Positions 56,394 to 64,000 of a stretch of DNA of 64,000 bases are shown one piece after another. This stretch comes from Candidatus Latescibacterota bacterium (GTDB lineage: Bacteria > Latescibacterota > UBA2968 > UBA8231), in NCBI GenBank assembly GCA_965223905.1, contig CBDCXV010000010.1, forward strand, positions 128,001 to 192,000, in the 5' to 3' direction. A program made the translations under genes and the position numbers. The first letter of the stretch is position 1. Every line of letters starts with the position of its first letter. A model generated the notes under the pieces. It searched no databases, had not been told where the DNA came from, and worked only from the letters and a program-made list of their open reading frames with translations.

Positions 56394-57536
56394 TCAGAAG
56401 CGCAGGGTAGCGGCCGTGGACAATCCCCCTCCGGGGGTGGGCACCAGACCGACGGAGAATCGGCGCGCTTTCGGGAAGTCACGCATCATGAAAATGGATT
56501 TTGGGAACCAATTGGCGAAGCGTTCCAACTCGGTGGCAGATACAGCCCCGACGATTTGCCCAACACAGTAGGGCCATGATTCCCATATCGCCTCCCATAT
56601 AGTCCTGCTGTGATACCAATGGTCGAAAATATTGTCCGGGCCGATGGTGCGGGCCGCCAGGAACCCAACTACACTACCACCCAGTGCCGTGGCAAATGAA
56701 CCGTCTGGATCGATCCGACTTACGCCAACTGCAGTTCCGACCGGATATCCTATCACACCCCCAGCCAGACCTCCAAGAATGACTACTAAACCATACCCCT
56801 CACCCTCATCACGGCAAATTGAACAAGTTGCAACTCCAAGGACAGCTATCATGCTTCCGCCCACGAAGCCCCCGCCTAAGCCCCATATAGCACCGGCAGC
56901 CAGCTCTTTGGCTATCCTTTTCCCCGCACCCATGTCGTCGTCCCCTTTCTTCGTTCTCAGAAGGGTATTCGATGCCTCCATGAGATTGCTGCGAGAACGC
57001 CCGGTATCGACCTGCGTACTGTCGCTGGACTCGCGGACAGAAGACGCTGCGGCTGTTGCCGTTCCCTTCTTCCCCACACGCGACCGAGTACGGTCACCAT
57101 AACCAAGTCTCAGGGATGCGGGTTTCGCTTTGCTGGAAATCGGTTTGGCCTTGCCCATGCGGTCCCCGGCCTCCGCCCTCCGGGAGGGCGATCCCATCAG
57201 GACGAGTGTTTGAATACGTTCCACTGCTATCCACTCCGGTTCGCCATCCCATCCGCGGAACAGGGTCAGCACCTCCGCATCGACAGCATGCACGTAGCCT
57301 CTCGACGTAAGAAGTTGCTCCCACTCGCCCGAAACCGGATACCGCCCTCCCTGCCCGTGAATGACCACGACGTAGGAACCGACCGCCACGGTGCTGCTGT
57401 CGATCTCGCCGGGTTCCAGAATCACCCGGTCCGCAGCTTCGGCTGCGTCGACTGCGGAATCCGCAAGCGCAGGGTCGGCCATTGACAGGAGCGAAACTCC
57501 TGAAGCTGCCAGAAGGAATGGAAGAGCATTACTCAT
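56394..57536 (-). CDS. Exported hypothetical protein, Gly-rich hydrophobic region, C-terminal beta-signal-like end (paralog 2)
   Basis: Signal peptide; N-domain nearly identical to 57648-58661; ends RRFSVGLVPTPGGGLSTAATLRF. Confidence 0.8.
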   Translation of the reverse strand: MSNALPFLLAASGVSLLSMADPALADSAVDAAEAADRVILEPGEIDSSTVAVGSYVVVIHGQGGRYPVSGEWEQLLTSRGYVHAVDAEVLTLFRGWDGEPEWIAVERIQTLVLMGSPSRRAEAGDRMGKAKPISSKAKPASLRLGYGDRTRSRVGKKGTATAAASSVRESSDSTQVDTGRSRSNLMEASNTLLRTKKGDDDMGAGKRIAKELAAGAIWGLGGGFVGGSMIAVLGVATCSICRDEGEGYGLVVILGGLAGGVIGYPVGTAVGVSRIDPDGSFATALGGSVVGFLAARTIGPDNIFDHWYHSRTIWEAIWESWPYCVGQIVGAVSATELERFANWFPKSIFMMRDFPKARRFSVGLVPTPGGGLSTAATLRF

Positions 57537-57647
57537 GCCATCAGCTCCCATTCTTCGGACTTGGCGGCAAGGTTCTGGTGGGCTGATCTCGATTCAGGCA
57601 TCATCAGCCAGTTACACGTACTGCTTTGATTTCTCTCGGCGAATCGG

Positions 57648-58661
57648 TCAAAAATGCAGTTTGGCGACCGCCGACAATCCCTTCTTTGGGTTGGGTACCA
57701 AGCCGACGGAGAGACGGGGGACTCCGTGGCGATATCGAGAAAACTCGGAGAATAGGGTCGCCCCAATGGTAGATCCAGCATAGAAGGGCCATGGTCCCAA
57801 GAGCGAGTAGGTCCAATCATCGGAGGCGGCGACAACTATGCCTCCGACCCCGGTTCCCACCAGGCTACCTAATAACGAAATCATGAATCGATCGTGTGGA
57901 TCCACCCGACTCACGGCAACCGCCGTTCCGACTGAATAGCCACTTACCCATCCGGATAGACCTCCATATGCTGCAGCCAGTCCACACGATTGATCACCAG
58001 AGCAATTCCTTCCCCCTAAAAAGTAATGGCCTGAGACGGCACCCAAGATTGCACCCAAAGAGGCTCCACAGAAACCGAACACAGTACCGTGCAGCAACTT
58101 GCCAACAACCCGCCCGCCGTTCCCTCCCTCCGTTCCCTTAGACAGTGTATCCGACGTTTCCGTCAGACGGCCAACGAGGCGGTTGGTGTCAGCCCCTGTA
58201 GTGCAATACCTGGCAGCCTCGACCTCCCCGGCTGCCTGTATACTGTCCGCGTTTCCCACACTCGGGGAAAAAGATTCGGTTTTATTGGCCTTCTCTAACT
58301 CCTTCCGGGAGCGCGACCCGGACTGGACCAGGGTTTGAATGCCACCCACGGGAATCAGCTCCGGTTCGCCATCCCATCTGCGAAAAAGAATCAGCGTTTC
58401 CGCATCGACAGAATACACGTAGCCTCTTGACGTAACGAGTTGTTCCCACTCTCCCGACACCGGGTGCCGCTCTCCCTGCCCGTGTATGACCACGACGTAG
58501 GAACCGACCGCCACCGTGCTGCTGTCGATCCCGCCGGCTTCCAGAACCACCCGGTCTGTGGCTTCGGCTGTGTCGACCGCGGAATCCGGCAGCGCTGGGT
58601 CGGCCATCGACAGAAGGGAAATGCCTATAGCTGTCAGCAAGAAGCGAAAGGCCGGATTCAT
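57648..58661 (-). CDS. Exported hypothetical protein, Gly-rich hydrophobic region, C-terminal beta-signal-like end (paralog 1)
   Basis: Signal peptide; IDSSTVAVGSYVVVIHGQG..SGEWEQL.TSRGYV; ends RLSVGLVPNPKKGLSAVAKLHF. Confidence 0.8.
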   Translation of the reverse strand: MNPAFRFLLTAIGISLLSMADPALPDSAVDTAEATDRVVLEAGGIDSSTVAVGSYVVVIHGQGERHPVSGEWEQLVTSRGYVYSVDAETLILFRRWDGEPELIPVGGIQTLVQSGSRSRKELEKANKTESFSPSVGNADSIQAAGEVEAARYCTTGADTNRLVGRLTETSDTLSKGTEGGNGGRVVGKLLHGTVFGFCGASLGAILGAVSGHYFLGGRNCSGDQSCGLAAAYGGLSGWVSGYSVGTAVAVSRVDPHDRFMISLLGSLVGTGVGGIVVAASDDWTYSLLGPWPFYAGSTIGATLFSEFSRYRHGVPRLSVGLVPNPKKGLSAVAKLHF

Positions 58662-58739
58662 GCTGGTTTTTTCACCTGCCTTGTCAGTCGCGCAGGCCTG
58701 ATGGCAACAGGGCCTTGGCTACCCGGCAAACCCCGCCCC

Positions 58740-59726
58740 TCAGGCTTCGGCCCCCGCCCGCTCCATCTCGCGCGTAAAGCGATGGCTCGCCGCGTCGAGC
58801 CGGGCCATCAGCTCCGCGGGAACGGCGAGCGCCGTCCCGTCCAGCATCTGGTCGACGTGCTCCTCGCTTTCGCTGCCGGCGAGGACGCTGGTCACTTCGG
58901 GGCGGGCCAGCACCCAGGCGACGCAGACCGATGCCCGCGACACCCCCAGCTCTCCCGCGACCGCGTCGAGCTCGGCGAGGATCCTCTCCATCGGGGGGCC
59001 GTGCTCGACCTTCCTTCCCGGGGCCAGGAACCCCTGGTCCATCGGGCTGAAGGTCATCACTCCGAGACCCAGCTCGCGGACCACCGGGAACATCTGGCGC
59101 TCGAACATGCGGGTGCGGGCCTGGTTGTCATCCGACACGGCGGCGCCGGCCACGGTGTAGTAATCCTCGATCCCGGCAGGTGTGCTCGTTCCGGCTTCCA
59201 GGGCGGTTTCGTTCAGCTCGGAGACCGCCGCGGCGGAGTGGTTGGAGACCCCCCAGTAGCGGACCTTGCCCGCCTGCACGAAGGCATCCATCGCCGCGCA
59301 GATATCCGCGAAGCCGGTGACGCCGTCGGGCTGGTGGAGGAGGAACAGGTCGAGGTAGTCCGTCCCGAGTCTGCGCAGCGACCCGTTCAGCTGGCTTTCG
59401 AGGTAGTCATGCGTGAACACCGCTGGCTCCCCCGGCTCGCTGTCCGAGGGGGGGGCCTGCGAGTTGGCAACCTTGGTGCAGATGACCGCCTGATCGCGGC
59501 GGCCGGCGACCCCCCTGCCGAGGGCCTTCTCGGCGCCGCCCCAGCCGTAGGCGATGGCGGAATCGAAGAAGTTGACCCCCGCATCGAGGCAGTAGCGCAG
59601 GACATCGACCCCCTTCTCGTTGGCTTCGCTACGCGCCATCGTGCGGAAGGCGGTCCCCTGGCAGAGCCGCGACACCTGAAGATCGGTGCGGCCGAAGCGG
59701 ACTTTGGACACCTCGCGGGCGGCCAT
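58740..59726 (-). CDS. Aldo/keto reductase
   Basis: FGRTDLQVSRL, NFFDSA..YG, SLRRLGTDYLDL..HQPD, GKVRYWGVSN. Confidence 0.9.
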   Translation of the reverse strand: MAAREVSKVRFGRTDLQVSRLCQGTAFRTMARSEANEKGVDVLRYCLDAGVNFFDSAIAYGWGGAEKALGRGVAGRRDQAVICTKVANSQAPPSDSEPGEPAVFTHDYLESQLNGSLRRLGTDYLDLFLLHQPDGVTGFADICAAMDAFVQAGKVRYWGVSNHSAAAVSELNETALEAGTSTPAGIEDYYTVAGAAVSDDNQARTRMFERQMFPVVRELGLGVMTFSPMDQGFLAPGRKVEHGPPMERILAELDAVAGELGVSRASVCVAWVLARPEVTSVLAGSESEEHVDQMLDGTALAVPAELMARLDAASHRFTREMERAGAEA

Positions 59727-59728
59727 GG

Positions 59729-60535
59729 CTACAGCCCCGTCCTGGCGGCCAGGTCCCGGGCCCAGCCGTACGCGGTGCGGTGGTAGTCGGGCGGGAACCA
59801 GGGGTAGGCGACGATCTCGACGAAGCCGGCGAACCCGGTCTCAGCGAGGGTTCGGAAGACCGCCTCCCAATCGACGATGTCCCCGGGCGAGCCGGCCGGC
59901 GCCTGCTGCGCGAACGGGTAGTGCCCGTGGATTCCCTTGACCCGGACGTGGCGGATATGGGCGGCGTGGTCCCTGATCGCCCGGCAGGGGTCGTCGAGCA
60001 GCATCGCGAGGTTGCCGCAGTCGATGTTGATCCGCAGCCGCTCGGAGCCGACGTGCAGGCGCAGCAGCTCGAAGCCGTTGGCGGTGTCGATCAGGTGGTT
60101 CTCGTGGTTGTGCATCAGCAGGTCGGCGCCGGCTTTTTCCGCGTGATGGCAGAGCTTCCGGAGCACGTCGATCATCCCCTTCCACCCCGCGGCCTCGCCC
60201 CCGGCGAAACTCCCGGGGAGAAACTTCACGCCCCCCGCCCCGATCTCCGCGGCGAGGTCGATCGCCCTGGTGTAGAACGCCTCGGTCTCGCCGCTCTCGA
60301 TGCCGGCGGCGAAGCCGCCGACCTTCCAGGGGTTGAGGATGCTGAAGGAGATGCCCGCGTCCGCGGCCAGCATCGCGAGCCGCTCCTTGTCGGAACTGCT
60401 GGCTGCTTCCGGATCGAGGTGGGTGCCGGGCCCGGTGCAGGGGCCCACCCCGTCGTAGCCGATTTCCGCCAGCTCGGAGACCGCCTCCTCCAGTGAGTAC
60501 CACTCCAGCCCGCAGGTGTGAAAGCTCAGTTTCAT
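59729..60535 (-). CDS. Sugar phosphate isomerase/epimerase (xylose isomerase-like TIM barrel)
   Basis: EIGYDGV, HNHE, NIDCGN, HVRVK, GDIVDW..GFAG..E. Confidence 0.82.
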   Translation of the reverse strand: MKLSFHTCGLEWYSLEEAVSELAEIGYDGVGPCTGPGTHLDPEAASSSDKERLAMLAADAGISFSILNPWKVGGFAAGIESGETEAFYTRAIDLAAEIGAGGVKFLPGSFAGGEAAGWKGMIDVLRKLCHHAEKAGADLLMHNHENHLIDTANGFELLRLHVGSERLRINIDCGNLAMLLDDPCRAIRDHAAHIRHVRVKGIHGHYPFAQQAPAGSPGDIVDWEAVFRTLAETGFAGFVEIVAYPWFPPDYHRTAYGWARDLAARTGL

Positions 60536-60544
60536 GAACCCCTC

Positions 60545-61492
60545 TCAGTCCTCACGCAGTCCGGCGAGAATCGCCTCGGCCAGCTCCATAGTCTTCACGG
60601 CCTCGTCGAGGTTGGCCCCCGGCAATCCGACCGGGCGGTCGTCGAGGATGCAGTCGAGGAAATGGCGGTCCTTGTCGCGCTGGGTATCGGCGTCGTCCTT
60701 GGTCAGCTCGCGCACCTGCCCGTCGCAGACCAGCTTGCCGGTCCGGATCCCCTCGAGGTAGGCGGAGATTTCGCGGCCGTGGATTTCGTAGCGCTCGAGC
60801 CGCGCATCGGTGGTGTAGTTGGCGCTCAGGTGGGCGACGCATCCGTTCTCGAACAGCACCAGCGCCGCGTGCACGTCGTTGTACCGCGAGAAGCGCCGCT
60901 TGACGATGCTGTGCACCTCGGCGACGTCGGATCCGGCCAGGGACCTCACCAGGTCGATGGCGTGGATCGGCGACTCCATCAGCATCCGCTCCATCACGAT
61001 CTCCGGGAAGCGCCCGCCCCGTTCGAAGCCGGCCATGCTCTTGTGGAACTCCCCGACGAGCTGAACGATAGGCCCGCGCTCGAGGATCGCCCGGCGCGCC
61101 TCGACCACCATCGGGTCGAAGCGCCGCTGCCAGCCGACCATCCCCTTGGCCCCGGAGGCCTTCGCGGCATCGCGCAGCCGGCGCGTCTCCCCGACGTGCA
61201 TGCCGGGGGGTTTTTCGAGCAGGGTGTGCACCCCTGCCTCGAGGCAGGGGAGGGCCGACGGGGCGTTGAGATGGGCCGGGGTCGTCACCCAGGCGGCGTC
61301 GATTCCGCCGGCATCCAGCATCTCCTCGATCGACTCGTGGCGGCGCTGTATGCCGTGCTCGTCAGCAGCCCGGTTGCGGGCCTCCGCCACCGGATCGCAG
61401 ACCGCGGCCAGCTCGACGTCGTCGAACTGTGACAGGTTATCCAACTCGCCGCGCCCGCGGCCTCCGCAGCCGATTACAGCAACTCGTATCAT
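60545..61492 (-). CDS. Gfo/Idh/MocA oxidoreductase
   Basis: RVAVIGCGGRG, AVCDP, LLEKPP, QRRFDP, IHAID. Confidence 0.9.
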   Translation of the reverse strand: MIRVAVIGCGGRGRGELDNLSQFDDVELAAVCDPVAEARNRAADEHGIQRRHESIEEMLDAGGIDAAWVTTPAHLNAPSALPCLEAGVHTLLEKPPGMHVGETRRLRDAAKASGAKGMVGWQRRFDPMVVEARRAILERGPIVQLVGEFHKSMAGFERGGRFPEIVMERMLMESPIHAIDLVRSLAGSDVAEVHSIVKRRFSRYNDVHAALVLFENGCVAHLSANYTTDARLERYEIHGREISAYLEGIRTGKLVCDGQVRELTKDDADTQRDKDRHFLDCILDDRPVGLPGANLDEAVKTMELAEAILAGLRED

Positions 61493-61579
61493 GCTCTCCT
61501 CGTTCTGATGAACCGGGTGAAAACGCAGTTTTGGGAATGCCCGCGGCAGCCCCGAAGGAAAATTGCTCTTCCCGCCCTG

Positions 61580-62617
61580 TCAGGCCGCGGCCGCCACCCT
61601 GGCGAACGCCTCGATTGCGAGTTCGACGTCCTCCGGGCCCAGGTGCCGGTGCAGCACCAGCCTGAGATCGTTCGGCGGCCTCTGAATCGCCAGCACTCCT
61701 TCCGCGGCGACCTGCTCCCCGAAATCGGAGCTCGACCATCCCAGTCCGGCAGCGTCGACCATCACGAAGTTGGTCGGGTTGGGCGGCTGCCTCGGGGTAA
61801 TCCCCTCGATTTCGGCCAGCCCCTCGCACAGCAGGCCCGCGTGCCGGTGATCCTCGGCGAGGCGGTCGACCATCCTGTCGAGGGCGATGATGCCGGCGGC
61901 AGCCACCGTGCCGGCCTGGCGCATCGTGCCCCCTATGCTGCTGCGCACCTTGCGCGCCTTGTCGATGAATTCGCCCCTGCCGCACAGGAGCGAGCCGACC
62001 GGGGCGCTCAGCCCCTTGGAGACGCAGAACATCACCGAGTCGACGTGCCCGGCGTACTGGCGCGGCTCGACGCCGAGGGCGACGCAGGAGTTGAACATGC
62101 GCGCCCCGTCCATGTGGACCTTGAGGTCGAGATCATGGGCAGCCCCTGCTGCCGCGGCGACCTCCTCCGGCAGCCAGGCGTAGCCGCCGCTGTGGTTGTG
62201 GCTGTTCTCGAGACACAGCAGGCCGGGTTTGCCGCCGCCGGCGCGGTCTCTCTGCACGAGATCGGCCAGCTCGTCCGGAGCGATCACCCCGAACTCCGCG
62301 GCGAAAGTGCGCGGCTCGATGCCGGCGGCGGTGTGGAACGGAGCCCTCCCCATCACGTGGCCGCGCTCGTGACTCAGGAAAGTGTTCCCCGGCTCGGTGT
62401 GGACCAGCAGGGCCAGGCCGTTCCCCATGGTTCCGGAGGGCACGAGCAGGGCCGCTTCCATTCCCAGCCTTTCGGCGGCTTTCTCCTGCAGGAGGTTGAC
62501 GGTGGGATCCTCGCCGAAGGCGTCGTCGCCGACCGCGGCCGCCTGCATGGCGGCGCGCATCTCCGCGGTCGGCCGCGTCGTGGTGTCGCTTCTCAGGTCT
62601 ACTGTTCTGTCTGCCAT
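61580..62617 (-). CDS. ltaE: Low-specificity L-threonine aldolase family
   Basis: [55 protein letters not shown]. Confidence 0.88.
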   Translation of the reverse strand: MADRTVDLRSDTTTRPTAEMRAAMQAAAVGDDAFGEDPTVNLLQEKAAERLGMEAALLVPSGTMGNGLALLVHTEPGNTFLSHERGHVMGRAPFHTAAGIEPRTFAAEFGVIAPDELADLVQRDRAGGGKPGLLCLENSHNHSGGYAWLPEEVAAAAGAAHDLDLKVHMDGARMFNSCVALGVEPRQYAGHVDSVMFCVSKGLSAPVGSLLCGRGEFIDKARKVRSSIGGTMRQAGTVAAAGIIALDRMVDRLAEDHRHAGLLCEGLAEIEGITPRQPPNPTNFVMVDAAGLGWSSSDFGEQVAAEGVLAIQRPPNDLRLVLHRHLGPEDVELAIEAFARVAAAA

Positions 62618-62622
62618 CGCTC

Positions 62623-63398
62623 TCAATCGAAGTTGGCCAGCCAGCCGCCGTCGACGTAGATGTCCTGCCCGGTGATGTAGCTGCCGGCGTCGGATGCCAG
62701 CAGGAGCACGGTTCCGGCGAGGTCCGCCGGCTGACCCCAGCGCTTGAGGATCGTCGCCTGCCGGCGCCGCTCCCGCAGCTCGGGGTCGTTCCAGCTGAGG
62801 CTGGTCATGTCGGTCCGGATGTACCCGGGGCCGATGTTGTTTACGCGGATTCCGTACTTGCCCAGGCTCACCGCCAGGGATCGGGTCATCGACCGCACCC
62901 CCCCTTGGCAGCGCCGTACGCCGGGTTGTCCGGGGCGCCCCTTTCAACCGCCAAGCTGGTGATGTTGACGATGGCGCCGCCCTTCTCCGCCATCAGCCGC
63001 GCCATACCGCGGCACAACCTGAACGGCGCCTCGAGGTTGATCTTCAGGGTCTTCTCCCACGCCTCGTCCGGGTACTCGAGCACCTCGTTCCAGCCGCTGG
63101 TGACACCGGCGGCGTTGACGAGGACATCGAGACGGCCGTGCTCCTCTTCGACGAAGCGGCACAGGCGGTCGATCTCGCCGGCGGATTCAAGGTCGCAGCG
63201 GCAGGAGGAGGCTTTCGGCCCGGCGGCGCGAAGCTCGGCGGCGGCCGCCTGCAATCGATCCCCGTCGGCGCTCACCAGGATGACCTCGGCGCCGGCTCCC
63301 AGCAGGGCCTCCGCCATGCCCCGGCCCAGGCCCCGGCTGCCGCCGGTTACGACCGCCAGCTTCCCTTCGAGGGAGAACAACTGCTCGAGATAGCTCAT
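62623..63398 (-). pseudogene. SDR oxidoreductase (gluconate 5-dehydrogenase-like), split at a G7 tract
   Basis: TGGSRGLG, LVNAAG, YGAAKGG then frame change to [27 protein letters not shown]; one extra G at 62898-62904 restores the frame. Confidence 0.8.
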
Positions 63399-63500
63399 TG
63401 TCCGATTGCTGGTCCGGGTGAACGGGGCGACTACTTTATGCGCTCCCGCAGGGCATGTCCAGTTGCGTAAGACCCGTTACAGCTTCGGAGGATGGACGCT

Positions 63501-64000
63501 TTGGAAACGCGACAGCTCATCGTTACCGAACCCGGCAGCATCGAGCTGCAGGCCGCGACGCTCGACCAGGCGCTGGCCCCGCACGAGGCCCTGGTGCGCA
63601 CCGGGTACTCCATCGTCAGCGCCGGGACCGAGGGGGCCGGGTTCACCGGCCTGGTCAAGGAGATGCCTTTCGGCGATAGCGGCAGGTACCCGCGCCCCAC
63701 CGGGTACGGCAACCTCGGCGAGGTGATCGCCGTCGGCTCCGGAGACCTGATGTGCCGTCCCGGCGACCGGGTGCTGAGCTTTTCCAGCCACGCCAGCGTC
63801 GTCAAGGCGGATGCCGGCCGCTTCGCGCTTCCGGTCCCCCGCGACGCTCCCGGAGAGCAGATGGTCTTCGCGCGCATGGCCGGGGTCAGCATCAGCGCCC
63901 TGCGCTCGTCGTCGGTGCAGCCCGGCGACACGGTGCTCGTTATCGGAATGGGGCTGGTCGGAAACTTCGCCGCCCAGCTGTTCCGGCTCGCCGGCGCCGA
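63501..64000 (+). CDS. Zinc-binding alcohol dehydrogenase (MDR) family, 3'-truncated by window
   Basis: ETRQLIVTEPG..SIVSAGTE..GYGNLGEV..GDRV..VLVIGMGLVG; RBS GGAGG; alternative ATG at 63492. Confidence 0.82.
   Translation, partial: METRQLIVTEPGSIELQAATLDQALAPHEALVRTGYSIVSAGTEGAGFTGLVKEMPFGDSGRYPRPTGYGNLGEVIAVGSGDLMCRPGDRVLSFSSHASVVKADAGRFALPVPRDAPGEQMVFARMAGVSISALRSSSVQPGDTVLVIGMGLVGNFAAQLFRLAGA

Noticed and set aside
55548-58661. Diversity-generating retroelement template/variable repeats
   Set aside because: Differences between copies are not adenine-specific and no reverse transcriptase is present in the window

Overview
GC-rich bacterial window. By inference it comes from an FCB-group (Latescibacterota/Gemmatimonadota-like) organism, probably a sponge-type symbiont, judging from a C-terminal TTWGxLK motif, T9SS/FlgD-like C-terminal domains, a PorV-like gene and a remnant sup-type PKS locus. 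1-30 kb appears intact: MacB-type permease end, speD, a CHAD/histidine kinase/sigma54-regulator operon, surface-polysaccharide genes, a TonB receptor + T9SS-CTD protein + PorV triad, a second TonB receptor, two TA modules, transporters, sugar-acid catabolism, RsbW/RsbV and Amt. 31-41.5 kb is a gene graveyard: frameshifted cpATP-grasp and transglutaminase, broken Cache/FlgD genes, a deleted PLP decarboxylase, and a collapsed sup-like PKS/ACP locus with an intact PPTase. 41.7-49.1 kb holds a receiver-PP2C / binding protein / kinase operon, a Tsx-like channel and an NCS2 permease fused to a degenerate RsbW-like domain; this is my best candidate for a new nucleobase-sensing partner-switching system. 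55.5-58.7 kb has three paralogs with conserved ends and variable middles, plus an SRPBCC gene followed by a degenerate attC. Two intergenic hairpin-rich elements (about 6.0-6.2 kb and 39.2-39.4 kb) may be structured RNAs. No rRNA, canonical tRNA or CRISPR array was seen. All calls come from motif recognition by eye, with no database searches.
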